From the sequence record PP438435.1: DNA of 64,000 nucleotides; one strand, given 5' to 3'. Below the pieces are notes generated by a model. The model searched no databases. It worked only from the letters and a program-made list of their open reading frames with translations, and was not told the origin of the DNA. The translations under genes were made by a program, and so were the position numbers. Positions within the stretch are counted from its first letter, which is position 1. Every line of letters starts with the position of its first letter. Positions 9,783 through 19,963 of this stretch are shown in pieces.

Positions 9783-10289
9783 TCACCACGGCAGCCACAG
9801 GTTCGGCGTCTTCAGCACCTCAAGGTTGCTGGTGCCCGGCTGCCCCTGCAGGACCGCGGCGTCGCGCGCGGCCACCATCGCGAGCCACAGCCCGAAGAGC
9901 CCCAGCAGGACCGCCGAGAGCACGAAGTTCACCACGGCGAGGACGCCGGCAGGCGTAAAGATGGCTCCGCCAAGCTGATAGACGCCCGCGAGCATGGCCA
10001 GCACGCCAGCGGACCAGCGCACCCGAGCAAGGCGGAGTGCGAGCACCACCCGAGCGCTGTCGCGCGCCAGGCCCTCATCCACCACCGTCGGCTGGGGCTC
10101 TTCCTCCTTGCGGAGAACAGCGCGCACTCGCGACGCCACCGCACCGACCGCGCCACTGATCGACGCCCCCATGCTGCGGGCGCTGCGTGCCGCAGAGGCC
10201 ACCTCGGTGACGGGCAGGAAGATGTTGGCGAAACGCGCCGTACGCCCACGCGGCTTCGGGGGCGTAGGGGTGTTCTCAGGTGTAGCCAT
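9783..10289 (-). CDS. Membrane protein, TraX/IcmV-like
   Basis: Two C-terminal TM segments, WLPW end, size; family similarity from recall only. Confidence 0.45.
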   Translation of the reverse strand: MATPENTPTPPKPRGRTARFANIFLPVTEVASAARSARSMGASISGAVGAVASRVRAVLRKEEEPQPTVVDEGLARDSARVVLALRLARVRWSAGVLAMLAGVYQLGGAIFTPAGVLAVVNFVLSAVLLGLFGLWLAMVAARDAAVLQGQPGTSNLEVLKTPNLWLPW

Positions 10290-10309
10290 GCGTGGAACTC
10301 CAGTGATGG

Positions 10310-10335
10310 ACCTGGGCGGCTCGCGCCGCCCAGGT
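10310..10335. terminator. Perfect 11-bp GC hairpin, no U-tract
   Basis: ACCTGGGCGGC-TCGC-GCCGCCCAGGT right after the LPD7 gene stop. Confidence 0.45.
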
Positions 10336-10342
10336 GGTGCCG

Positions 10343-11017
10343 TCAGCCCATGCCCATGCCGGGGCTTTGGCGTCGCGGCGCCTGCAGGCCGCCCTGCGGC
10401 CCTGCGCTGCCGACCTTGACGACGCTCATGCCCATGCGCTCGAGATGCTGCCGCACCTCGGCCGCCAGCGGACCGTGGCTTTCGATGTTGATGGAAGGCC
10501 AGTTCTTCAGGCGCGCCATCTCCGCGAGCGCCAGAGCCAGCATCTCGGCCGACGGCGGCTTCTGTTTCACCTGCACATTGGTGCCGGCGTCATGCACCGA
10601 CACCGGACTGCCGTGAATGTCCGGACGCCCCTGGGCATCCCGCCCCACCAGATCGAACATGAAGGACAGGCCTTGCTCGCGCGTACGCGTCACGGTGAGG
10701 CCGGAGCGCTGCATGAGCTCTTCCATGGCACCAGGGCCATAGTGCTTGTCGAACAGGCCTCGCCCGATGGCCGCCTGCGGCGGGCCCTCGGCGCGACTCG
10801 CCACGATCTCGCCTGCCTCCTCGCGCGCAACGTCCGGATCCGCGAGATCCAGCGCGCCGTTGCTGGCGCGCACGATCGCGGCATCCTCCGCGTCCTGCCG
10901 CTCGCGCAAGGCATCTTCATGGCGCTGAGCATCGACGCGCTGGGCGTCCGCCGCAGGGCCCTCTTCCTTCGGCTCGCCCGCAAGGGGCGACCGGTCCAGT
11001 TGTGCGAGAAATGACAT
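10343..11017 (-). CDS. LPD7-like domain protein
   Basis: ALAEMARLKNWPSINIESHG resembles LPD7; start overlaps topB stop. Confidence 0.55.
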   Translation of the reverse strand: MSFLAQLDRSPLAGEPKEEGPAADAQRVDAQRHEDALRERQDAEDAAIVRASNGALDLADPDVAREEAGEIVASRAEGPPQAAIGRGLFDKHYGPGAMEELMQRSGLTVTRTREQGLSFMFDLVGRDAQGRPDIHGSPVSVHDAGTNVQVKQKPPSAEMLALALAEMARLKNWPSINIESHGPLAAEVRQHLERMGMSVVKVGSAGPQGGLQAPRRQSPGMGMG

Positions 11018-13164
11018 CAGGCGATTCCTTTCTGGGCTTTCATTTGTTCGATGAACGCCGACATGGCGCTGCGATCCTGCAACGCCTTCTCCGGCACCAC
11101 GCACCTACACTCAACCGCGAGTCGCTGTGCGTACGCGACTTGCGGGTCCGACGGACGATTCGTAGATGCGCGATCGCGCACATCCTGGATCGACACATCC
11201 AGATACGCCTTGCAGGCATTGAAGTCGCTCAGCACGTTGGGTGGCAACTCCTTGTGCCCGCGCTGTTTGGCCGCGAACTTGGCCGCTTGGACCATCTTCG
11301 CCGTCGGCGGCCGCGCCTCCTGCTCCAGCGGAGGGAGCGTCGCCGCATGCGCACGCATGGCAGCGCAGATCTTCCGGACCTGCTCGCCCACCTGGGTCAC
11401 AAAGTCGTCCCGCGCGGCCTCGGGCAGCTGGCCCGACGCGATCGCCTCAAGGCGATCCTCCCACAGGCCGGTCACCGCGGGATCGCACAGGACCTTCGGC
11501 AGCAGCTCCACCAGTTGGCAGCCGGCATCGGAAATCCAAAGACTGCGCCCTTTCGCGACGATGAAGCCGCGTTTCCGCAGCTCCTTGATAATGCCCGCCC
11601 GCGTCGCTTCGGTCCCCAGGCCCGCGGTCGCTTTCAGGACCTCGCGGATGCGCGGATCGGTCGCGAACTTAGCTACGCTCGCCATGTCCTCCAACAGCGT
11701 TCCTTCGGTGTAGGGCTTGGGTGGCTGCGTCTGCCGATTTTCGATGTCCACCGCTTCGACAGTGCCGGGCGTGCCATCCGGCACCACCGGCAAGGGCGGG
11801 ACCTCGTCATCGCCATCCTCCTCGCCGGAGTCGTCGGACCCGAAAGCCGCCTTCCACCCCTCCACTTTCGGGGTCCGCCCCACAGCAGTGAACAGAACAC
11901 CGTTCGCGTCCAGCACGATGCGGGCCTCGTCGAACTCGAAATCCGGCAGGAGACACGCGATGTAGCGGCGCGCGACGAGCAGATACGCTTTGCGCTCATC
12001 CGGCGACATCTGATCCAGCGCGCCCGCCGCCATCGTAGGGATGATGGCGTGGTGAGCTGTCACCTTGGAGCTGTCCCACACCGACTTACGCACCAAGGGG
12101 TTCGCCACTTTCGAGGCCAGGCTGCCGAGGCTCGGCGCCGTTCCGAAGATGGCATCCAGAACCCGGGGGATCTCCGACGCCTGCTCGGTCGGCAGCAGCG
12201 CGCAGTCGGTGCGCGGGTACGTCAGCACCTTGTGGACGTCATAGAGCGACTGCGCAACCTGCAGAGTTTTGTCGGCCGACCAGCCGAACGCTGCGCTGCA
12301 GGCCTTCTGCAGGCCTCGCAGGCTGAACAACGGCGGCGGACCTTGCCGCCTGCGCTCCACCGTCACCCTGAGTGGCCTGTGGGCGCCGGTGGCCCGGGCG
12401 GCAAGCTCTTCCGCGACGCGCCGCTCATAGATGCGGCGATCCTCGGGCGTCGCCGGCGGCGCATGACGGAGAATCAGCGTGTGCTGTCCTGCACGGACCC
12501 GGGCGGCGAGCTCGAAGTACCCGCGCGACACGAAGGCCTCGATCGCCTTGCACCGCAGGTAGACCAGATACAGCGTCGGGGACTGCACACGTCCGACGGG
12601 CTTCAGGCCGCGAGCCCCTCGCGCCTGTGCCAACAACGAAGCCACCCGCGTCAGCGAGAGGCCCCAGATCCAGTCGGCACGCGAACGGGCGACAGCGGCC
12701 CAGTACAGGGGCCGGGTCTCGTGGTCAGTGCGAAGCGCCCCCAGCCCCTTTCGGATCGACGCGTCGTCGAGACCCTTGAGCCATAGGCGTTGAACAGGCC
12801 CCTTGTATCGGCACGCGTCAAGAAGCTCCCGTGCGATGGACTCCCCAGCCCGATCGGGGTCGGTCGCGATGACCACACCCGAGGCTTTGGACAGGGCTTC
12901 GCGGATGACGCCCAGCAGCTTCTTGGACTTTGCATCGCGAGGGCGATAGTCCCACCGCGGCGGGATCATGGGCAACGTGTCGAGCGACCAGGAATGCCAC
13001 TCGGGGTTGTAATGGTGGGGTTCCTCCTCCTCGAGCAGGTGTCCAGACGCATAGACGACCCGGCCCTGCGCGGTATCAATGAAGCCGTCACCCCGCCGCG
13101 GATTCCCCAGCACCCTGGCGAGATCGCTTGCCTGATTGGCCTTTTCCGCGATCCAGACCTTCAT
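11017..13164 (-). CDS. topB: DNA topoisomerase III (type IA)
   Basis: IAEK, GHL, ATDPDRAGE, GRVQSPTL, LTYPRTD (catalytic Tyr), HHAIIPT, GLGTEATR. Confidence 0.95.
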   Translation of the reverse strand: MKVWIAEKANQASDLARVLGNPRRGDGFIDTAQGRVVYASGHLLEEEEPHHYNPEWHSWSLDTLPMIPPRWDYRPRDAKSKKLLGVIREALSKASGVVIATDPDRAGESIARELLDACRYKGPVQRLWLKGLDDASIRKGLGALRTDHETRPLYWAAVARSRADWIWGLSLTRVASLLAQARGARGLKPVGRVQSPTLYLVYLRCKAIEAFVSRGYFELAARVRAGQHTLILRHAPPATPEDRRIYERRVAEELAARATGAHRPLRVTVERRRQGPPPLFSLRGLQKACSAAFGWSADKTLQVAQSLYDVHKVLTYPRTDCALLPTEQASEIPRVLDAIFGTAPSLGSLASKVANPLVRKSVWDSSKVTAHHAIIPTMAAGALDQMSPDERKAYLLVARRYIACLLPDFEFDEARIVLDANGVLFTAVGRTPKVEGWKAAFGSDDSGEEDGDDEVPPLPVVPDGTPGTVEAVDIENRQTQPPKPYTEGTLLEDMASVAKFATDPRIREVLKATAGLGTEATRAGIIKELRKRGFIVAKGRSLWISDAGCQLVELLPKVLCDPAVTGLWEDRLEAIASGQLPEAARDDFVTQVGEQVRKICAAMRAHAATLPPLEQEARPPTAKMVQAAKFAAKQRGHKELPPNVLSDFNACKAYLDVSIQDVRDRASTNRPSDPQVAYAQRLAVECRCVVPEKALQDRSAMSAFIEQMKAQKGIA

Positions 13165-13310
13165 TGCGTGCGCCTACTGCATTTAGAGTACGCAAACGAT
13201 AACACCGCGTAAACGTGCGCCTCAAGGGGCGGCTTCCTTGCCATGGCTACTATTTGCTCACTGCCTGCAACACCCACCGTCGGAACGCCTGAGGGGCGTT
13301 CTCCCGCGCG

Positions 13311-13333
13311 TTTTCCACAGCGTCTGTGGATAA
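13311..13333. promoter_or_regulatory. Pair of inverted DnaA boxes
   Basis: TTTTCCACA-gcgtc-TGTGGATAA; both fit TTWTNCACA. Confidence 0.6.
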
Positions 13334-13342
13334 CTTCCACGC

Positions 13343-14395
13343 TCAAAGCCCTGGCGCCGGGGGCGCGCTGACACTTTCGGCGCACAACCGCTCCATCACG
13401 TGTTGATGGCCATGGAGCTCCGCCGCCTCGGCGGCGATGCCCCCGCACCAGGCGGGATCCGCCCCCTGCGCCAGCAGCGCATCAACCGCCGACTCCGCGC
13501 CGGCCCGTGCGGCCAGCCACAGGACACCATTCCGGATCGCCTCCGATTCCGCCGGTGCGCAGCGTGCCAGCAGCGCCACAGCGACATCGAATGCCCCCTC
13601 CTTGGCATGGATCAGCGCCGCTGTCGCCGGTCGCCACCAGGCCAGCGCTTCGAGCGCCTGCGCGTCGCTGTGCCGCGGTAGACGGACCTGCACCAGCGCT
13701 CTCGAAGGCGCATACGGGATCCCGCCGCCAGCGGCGTTGAAGCACACGTCGTCCACCGCCGGCGCTTCGGGGAAGCGTTCCCAGCGCTCACCCGGCGCGA
13801 GGCGCCCATGGGTCTCGCTCGTCGCGCGGTGCTGCTCGACGGTCAGAAGAACGTGTAGCGAAGGCGATCGCGCGCTGTAGTCACCGCTCGCCCTGGCCAG
13901 CGCACCTCGACTGTCCGTCTCGGCCTCAACCGCAACGTACCCCTTGGGCACCAGCCCGAACGCATCGCCTTGCGCCGCGCGACACCAGAGCCCGTCTGGG
14001 TGCTCGGTGATGAACCGCACCGCGTCCCGCCCGGGGGACTGGCCCGGCGTCACTGCACGGCCGGTCACCGCTTCATACGCATCCGGCTTCCACGCCCGCG
14101 CGATCGCGTGCGCATGCTCCACAGCCTCTGCCGCCGCTGCCGCAAACGCCTCCGGGAAGGTCAAGGCGACGATGGCCCATTCGTCGTCTTCGTTGAACCA
14201 CGGTCCCGATACGCCCCAGCGCGGGTCGATCGCGGAGACCCGCCCCGGCGACAGGCGATAGCCCCCGTGCGTCGACGTCGTGACGAACACGATCCCCGGC
14301 GCGACGTCCGTAACCTCCTCGATGACTCCCCAGGGACACCGCTCCCCCGTCTGAGGGGAACGCTCTGCTGCAACGATTCCGTTCATGGGCGTCAA
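13343..14395 (-). CDS. DUF7007 domain protein with C-terminal ankyrin-like repeats
   Basis: PWG...VAPGIVFVTTSTHGGYRLS...WFNEDDEWAIV; LAARAGAESAVDALLAQGADP and AAELHGHQHVMERL. Confidence 0.7.
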   Translation of the reverse strand: MTPMNGIVAAERSPQTGERCPWGVIEEVTDVAPGIVFVTTSTHGGYRLSPGRVSAIDPRWGVSGPWFNEDDEWAIVALTFPEAFAAAAAEAVEHAHAIARAWKPDAYEAVTGRAVTPGQSPGRDAVRFITEHPDGLWCRAAQGDAFGLVPKGYVAVEAETDSRGALARASGDYSARSPSLHVLLTVEQHRATSETHGRLAPGERWERFPEAPAVDDVCFNAAGGGIPYAPSRALVQVRLPRHSDAQALEALAWWRPATAALIHAKEGAFDVAVALLARCAPAESEAIRNGVLWLAARAGAESAVDALLAQGADPAWCGGIAAEAAELHGHQHVMERLCAESVSAPPAPGL

Positions 14396-14502
14396 GGCCT
14401 CCTTGCCTTCGGCTACATCACGAGCCGGATCCTAGCACTCGGTTTGCCTACTGCGCATCTATTGCGCTAACGTTCCCCCATCTCGGACACGGATGTCTGG
14501 CC

Positions 14503-14856
14503 ATGCAAACCGCCCTCGCTCTACCTGTGGAAGCACCGTCGCCAGAAGCGCATCGGCTGGCCTGCGAGGCGCGCGATTGGGTTCGCCGCGGAGTCGTGCC
14601 GGGATCGGTCAAATGGGGCGCCACCATGAAGCTGGTCCGGGACAAGCGCGGTGATCGCAGTGCCCGCGAACTGGAAGACGCCATCTGCGCATGGCATGCG
14701 ACCCGTGATGCCTGGCTTCCAGACCTTGAGCGCCGGTTGGCACCGTATCTGGAACGGGCGCCTGACGCGACAGAGTCGCCCGCAGCCGCGAGCGATCGCC
14801 CCTCCTCATCCCGCCCCGGCAGCTTCCTGTCGCGCATTCGCCACAGCCCTGCCTGA
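14503..14856 (+). CDS. Hypothetical protein
   Basis: First ORF of the divergent operon; HRLACEARDW motif (possibly DUF7696-like). Confidence 0.5.
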   Translation: MQTALALPVEAPSPEAHRLACEARDWVRRGVVPGSVKWGATMKLVRDKRGDRSARELEDAICAWHATRDAWLPDLERRLAPYLERAPDATESPAAASDRPSSSRPGSFLSRIRHSPA

Positions 14857-14870
14857 CTTCGGAGTTCATC

Positions 14871-16226
14871 ATGCGCATTCCCATCGGTCTCGACGACTAC
14901 GCCCTCCGCCAACAGCAGCAGCAGAAGACGGTGGAGTGGAACAGCAGCGCGGTCATCAATCCGCACATGCTGATCTGCGGCGGCTCCGGCACCGGCAAGA
15001 CCTACACGGTGAACCGGCTCATCGACGTGGGCGTGGCCTCAGCGCGTCGCGACAATCAGCCCATCCGGTTTCACGTGTTCGATGTCCACGGGGACCTCAA
15101 GAATCCGAACGCGAGCAGCGTCCGTTTCTCCGAAGCGAGTCCGCACGGCTTCAACCCCCTGATCATCAACCCCGATCCGCACTTCGGTGGCGTGCGCCGC
15201 AAGGTGCAGGGGCTGATCACCGCACTCGATCGCACCGCTCGCGCGCTCGGCCCCAAGCAAGAGGCCGCGTTGCGCAACCTGCTGATCGATGTCTATGCCG
15301 CGAACGGCTTCTATGCCGACCGCCCCGACTCCTGGCGCATGACCGACGGCCGCAAGATGCCGGCCATCTCGGACGTCCTGCGCTTCGCCCGCGCAAAGCT
15401 GAAATCGCTCTACCTGGGCGCCGACACCGCAACCGTGGCGGCGCTGGAGGAGGTCAACCGCACCATGCGCCAACACCTGGCCGCTGCCAGGCGTGCCGCC
15501 AACGCGGCACGCACGGGCGATACCGAGGGGGCGGACAAAGCGAACAGCCAGATCGAAACGCTCACCGCGAAAGCGATCGATGCCTTCACCAAGCACCTCG
15601 CCACCCTCAAGACCGGACGCGAGTTCGACGATGTCCTGAAGTACGACAGCGCGGACGTCCTGAAAGGCGTGGTCGATCGCTTGGAGAACCTCGACAGTCT
15701 CGGGATCTTCAAGGCTGCGGTGCCGCCGTTCGATCCGCATGCACCGATCTGGCACTACGACATCACGGCGCTGCCGAGCGAAGAATCCAAGCTCTTCGTC
15801 TGGTTCCGCCTCGAATCGATCTTCAACATGGCCGTGCAACGCGGCGAGCAGCCGGGCGTCCGCGACATCATCATCGTGGACGAGGCGCACCGCTACGCCA
15901 GCGCCACCAACGACGACACCACCAACCCCCTCGACACCTTGGCGCGCGAGGCGCGAAAGTTCGGCGTCGGCCTGTGGGGTGTCAGCCAGAGCCCGCACCA
16001 CTTCTCCGAAGACTTCCTCGGTAACGTGGCCACGAAACTCTTGCTCGGTCTCGATGAGATGTACTGGGACCAGTCGGTGCGGAAGCTCAAGATCCCACCC
16101 GAGACCCTGAAGTTCATCAAGCCGCGGCAGACGCTGGCCGCGCAGATCAAGGGCTCGGGAAACACCCGCAACACTTTCCAGCAGGTGGTCGTGGGAGGCC
16201 CGCAATACCGCACAGCGGCGGCTTGA
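14871..16226 (+). CDS. HerA/DUF87-like (FtsK-HerA superfamily) ATPase
   Basis: HMLICGGSGTGKT Walker A, IIIVDEAH Walker B, REARKFGV, SQ motif; no TM segment. Confidence 0.85.
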   Translation: MRIPIGLDDYALRQQQQQKTVEWNSSAVINPHMLICGGSGTGKTYTVNRLIDVGVASARRDNQPIRFHVFDVHGDLKNPNASSVRFSEASPHGFNPLIINPDPHFGGVRRKVQGLITALDRTARALGPKQEAALRNLLIDVYAANGFYADRPDSWRMTDGRKMPAISDVLRFARAKLKSLYLGADTATVAALEEVNRTMRQHLAAARRAANAARTGDTEGADKANSQIETLTAKAIDAFTKHLATLKTGREFDDVLKYDSADVLKGVVDRLENLDSLGIFKAAVPPFDPHAPIWHYDITALPSEESKLFVWFRLESIFNMAVQRGEQPGVRDIIIVDEAHRYASATNDDTTNPLDTLAREARKFGVGLWGVSQSPHHFSEDFLGNVATKLLLGLDEMYWDQSVRKLKIPPETLKFIKPRQTLAAQIKGSGNTRNTFQQVVVGGPQYRTAAA

Positions 16227-16272
16227 AACAACGCCAGCTGCACCGACTCCTCCTCTACCCAAGGACGAACCC

Positions 16273-16875
16273 ATGCCCGGCATCTTAGGCCCCGGCCGCA
16301 CCCCCTCCATCGCTGACACTCCTCCCTTGTTCGTTGCGTTCCGGTTTCATCCGAGCGAGCTGGAACACCGCATGGCCAGGGCTGTGGGGATTGAGGGCGT
16401 CGGCCCGCTGTTCGCGGTAATGCCGTGGCGCGACGCCGCGAGTCATCACGTTCGCAGCGCGCGCCTGCTTCGCGACGGCATCGCTTCCGAGATGCGCCTG
16501 CCGGTCTCGGGCTACGTTGACGCCGATGCGGAAGACACCACGGGACACCTGCACATGACCCTGCGCGCGGTCGCGCCGGGCGCCGTCGACGTGAGCCTGA
16601 CCGCACCCACCTCCGAACGGGACTTTGCGGGAGCCACCGGCACGATCAGTTATGAAAGCGATCGCCACGATGGAGACGCTTTGCTGAAGGCACTTCAGGC
16701 GATTCAAGCATCCGCCCGCCATACGACTGCTCCCCTCCTGATACTGACAGGAACGCCGTGGCCGCACGACCTGGCCCAGGACGTGCTCGCACGCGCGCAG
16801 GAGACGCACCCATCGATCGTGCTGATCAGCGAGACACAGGCAGAGCGAAGGGCAAGCCCAGGAATGCAGCCATGA
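16273..16875 (+). CDS. Hypothetical protein
   Basis: AAGGA RBS; ends SPGMQP. Confidence 0.65.
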   Translation: MPGILGPGRTPSIADTPPLFVAFRFHPSELEHRMARAVGIEGVGPLFAVMPWRDAASHHVRSARLLRDGIASEMRLPVSGYVDADAEDTTGHLHMTLRAVAPGAVDVSLTAPTSERDFAGATGTISYESDRHDGDALLKALQAIQASARHTTAPLLILTGTPWPHDLAQDVLARAQETHPSIVLISETQAERRASPGMQP

Positions 16876-17351
16876 TCGGCGCACCGGCACCGCCATTCCG
16901 CCACTTTCTGGTGACCTTCGAGGTCCAGATCCCGTCGCACCGCCGCCACCACAGCGCGGACACGTACCAATGCGTGCTTGCCGCGGCAACCGCGACAGCG
17001 CAGACCCTCCTCGCGGATGAGGACGCTTCGGGAGACGCCGCGTGCTGTCCCTGTGCCGTCCGGGTCAGTGCTCCGTCCGAACGCGGCGATGCCGACTGGA
17101 GCGATTGGCCACGGCCTTTGCATGACCACGGTCTGATCTGGACGATCGTGCAGACCACCGGCATCCCTGGCGCCCTGCAGGAAGCCGCCAAGGACATCGT
17201 CGATCCGCACACTCGGGTTTGGGAGGTGCTCCTGTCCGAGGATACGATCGTGGCCGACGGTTCGGGGCCTGAAATGCTTCTGCGCGAGCGCGAAGCACAC
17301 GCGAGCACCCTTTCGGCGCAGCCGGCGTCGTGCGCTGGCCCGACCCTGTAA
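16872..17351 (+). CDS. Hypothetical protein
   Basis: ATGA coupling to the upstream gene. Confidence 0.55.
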   Translation: MIGAPAPPFRHFLVTFEVQIPSHRRHHSADTYQCVLAAATATAQTLLADEDASGDAACCPCAVRVSAPSERGDADWSDWPRPLHDHGLIWTIVQTTGIPGALQEAAKDIVDPHTRVWEVLLSEDTIVADGSGPEMLLREREAHASTLSAQPASCAGPTL

Positions 17352-17377
17352 CCCCTGCCCTACCGAGGCCAGACGCA

Positions 17378-18409
17378 ATGCAAAGTCTCGTACTGATGAC
17401 GCACATTTCCGCCACAGACGCAGCGACGCCGCAGGACGCGGCCAACCGCGCAATGGCCCGGCTTTTCCACACCACGTTCTTAGCATCGCCGTTCGCGATC
17501 GAGCCCCTCCTGGAGGCTGTCTACGGCGCGCTGACCAGCGCTGACGGCTTTGCCTGGGTCACAGGGGTCATTCACGAGCCGTGGGAGGCGCCGCGCATCG
17601 CTCCTTGGGCCTTGACATCGGAGCGCTCGCGACCGGGGTTGCCTACGCTCCCCTCGGGGATCATGCCGTCGAATGCCTGGCGCATCGAGGCGCGCGTCCA
17701 CCTGCCGAAGCAAACATTCGAGACCGTGGACGCTCACCGCGACGCATTGGCCGAAGCCTTCGCCAACTGGCGGTCGAGCCCAACGCGGCCCATCTCCGTA
17801 CACACCCAGAATGCACGGTGGGATTGTGTCGGCCGGCTGAACAACGACCACATGGTGGACGAAATGCTGGCATGCCGCACGCACGCTGGTCCTTGTGCGT
17901 CTGCGCTGCGAGGGAGCCTGCTCTCTGGCCTTTGCCGTCGCTACGACACGCCCAACGTCTTCGGTTGGGAACAGATCGCACGCATCTGCGCAGCGCTCAA
18001 GCACTGCGAAGACCGCATTTTGCGGACGCGCGATCTGGAGCTCGTTCTCTGGAATGCGCTTCCCCGTCCACTGACGGACGCCGTGCTAACCGCCTTCGCT
18101 CTACCCCTCGACACGCCGCTGCGCGTCGACGACCGCTCCGTACACCCCAGCGGCTACGCGGTCCCGAGTGTCCTGACAAGCTGCTTCTCAGCTCTCTCTT
18201 TTGCCCTAACGAACGCCTACGTACCGCATTGCGGGATGTTCGGCAGCGCCACATTTGCTCAGGCTGAGGCCGACAACTACTTTCGCCTTGCTGAGGGTCT
18301 TGCAACACATCCGAACCAGTTTGTTAAGGCTGTCTGTGAAGCATGGGAGTCCCTTGGCATCGACCTCAATCCGCCGTCTACCCATCGCATGGAAGGGCTG
18401 ATGCCATGA
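17378..18409 (+). CDS. Hypothetical protein
   Basis: Long ORF, GAGG RBS. Confidence 0.6.
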   Translation: MQSLVLMTHISATDAATPQDAANRAMARLFHTTFLASPFAIEPLLEAVYGALTSADGFAWVTGVIHEPWEAPRIAPWALTSERSRPGLPTLPSGIMPSNAWRIEARVHLPKQTFETVDAHRDALAEAFANWRSSPTRPISVHTQNARWDCVGRLNNDHMVDEMLACRTHAGPCASALRGSLLSGLCRRYDTPNVFGWEQIARICAALKHCEDRILRTRDLELVLWNALPRPLTDAVLTAFALPLDTPLRVDDRSVHPSGYAVPSVLTSCFSALSFALTNAYVPHCGMFGSATFAQAEADNYFRLAEGLATHPNQFVKAVCEAWESLGIDLNPPSTHRMEGLMP

Positions 18410-19521
18410 TCCTCCCCAAACTCCACGACTCGCTGATCGAGCGTCGCGAACGCGTCGAGCAACTCGCAGAAACGCTGCAGCCATTCTTGCGCACCGGGCA
18501 CGCTGGCCTCTTGCTTGCGCGCATCACACCGAAGTGCGTGGGCATCTACATAGCGCCACGCGACGAAATCATCGAGCACGCTTCGCTGCACGACAACAGT
18601 CCCGTCTACGACACGGATGCGGAGTTCGCAGAAGCCATTGTCGATCGAATCGAACGGCTGGCCGCACCCGGCGTCGACGGCCTGGCTTCGATCGACTCTC
18701 GCGCGTGGGCACTGGTCGAAGTCCTGCGCGAACACCGGGCGCGGCTGGACCTGGTGGTGCTCTACCCGGACAGCTCCGCCTGCGAGATCCTGCCCAGCAG
18801 CAACCCCGCCGACCGAGCGGACTTCCTCGCGAACCGACCGGGTGCGATCGACCTCACTGCGATGCCGCTGAAGGACGCGGTCGCGCGCATCCAGCAGCAC
18901 CGAGCTGCGTTTGGCGACGGCTTGGGCGGTGCGGCCCCTCGCACGCTCTCCGGCGCGCTGCCGCGCGACACCTACAGGGTGCTGGCCACGCGCGCAGACG
19001 GCACCGATGGCGACCAAGACCTGACCTGCGGCGTCAGTACCGTGGAGCTCGACTGCCGCGCACCCCTGGAGGATCGCTACAGCGCCGTGCTCGACGTCTT
19101 CCACAGCAAGGTGGCGATCGCTGAGCTCGATGACTGGCAGTTCGCCGTTCTGGCGCCTGATGGCGGGAACGCACCCCAAGGCACTGCCTACGAGCCGGAG
19201 CACGGCGCCTACGAGGGCGCTGGAATCCTGGAGCTCGGCGGCGACCCCTACGCCCTCGGAAATGCTGGCCGAGTCGAAGTGACGACCAGCAGCGCGATGC
19301 TGACGATAAGCAGTGCCCGTACTGCTGGCGTCGCGCTCATCCGGATCAGCGCGAGCGAGATCATCGAAGCCCGCGGCGACGGCATCGCCGCCACCCTCAC
19401 GCGCCATCCCGGCAGCGTGCGTCTCGATGACGCTTATCCCTACGCAGCAGCGGAAGCGCTAGCTGACGCGAGAGAGGTTTACGACCGCTCGCAATCGCGC
19501 TTCAGCACACCCACGCCCTGA
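18406..19521 (+). CDS. Hypothetical protein
   Basis: ATGA coupling, long ORF. Confidence 0.7.
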   Translation: MILPKLHDSLIERRERVEQLAETLQPFLRTGHAGLLLARITPKCVGIYIAPRDEIIEHASLHDNSPVYDTDAEFAEAIVDRIERLAAPGVDGLASIDSRAWALVEVLREHRARLDLVVLYPDSSACEILPSSNPADRADFLANRPGAIDLTAMPLKDAVARIQQHRAAFGDGLGGAAPRTLSGALPRDTYRVLATRADGTDGDQDLTCGVSTVELDCRAPLEDRYSAVLDVFHSKVAIAELDDWQFAVLAPDGGNAPQGTAYEPEHGAYEGAGILELGGDPYALGNAGRVEVTTSSAMLTISSARTAGVALIRISASEIIEARGDGIAATLTRHPGSVRLDDAYPYAAAEALADAREVYDRSQSRFSTPTP

Positions 19522-19552
19522 CACCCAAACCCACATCGCTCAAGGATGAGCC

Positions 19553-19933
19553 ATGAACAGCACAACCCGCCCCGCCAAGCCTGAAGCGCACCTGCTGACC
19601 TTCGAGGCCTGGGTCGATGCCAAATGGGACGCGCTCTCGAACCACTACCGACAGCGCTACACAGAGACGTTTGGCGAAGCCGAAGCGCGGTTCGCAGCCG
19701 CCTCGAATGGCGGCGACCAGCGGTTCGCCGTGATCGTCTACCACCACCGCGTGCTGACCGCCCCGCGCGAAGCCAGCGTGCCGCTGGAGGTCTACGACAG
19801 CTGGCCCGAAGCGGTCGCGCACGATGCCGAGCGGCACTTCTTCGATCTCCGCGATCGCCTGGACGAGCGCCTGTATGCGCACGCCCAGCGCTCCACCCAG
19901 GCACGCAACGCTGAAGCGACGCCCGGGTTCTGA
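19553..19933 (+). CDS. Hypothetical protein, paralog of the N-terminus of 19964-20968
   Basis: Shared LTFEAWVDA and VYD segments; AAGGA RBS. Confidence 0.75.
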   Translation: MNSTTRPAKPEAHLLTFEAWVDAKWDALSNHYRQRYTETFGEAEARFAAASNGGDQRFAVIVYHHRVLTAPREASVPLEVYDSWPEAVAHDAERHFFDLRDRLDERLYAHAQRSTQARNAEATPGF

Positions 19934-19963
19934 TTCACCCTGCCCTTCGCTCAAGGACGAGCC

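Noticed and set aside
11002-12786. Long antisense ORFs (e.g. 11002-12786, 31751-33046, 34861-35949, 48071-49123)
   Set aside because: Shadow frames opposite well-supported genes in GC-rich DNA
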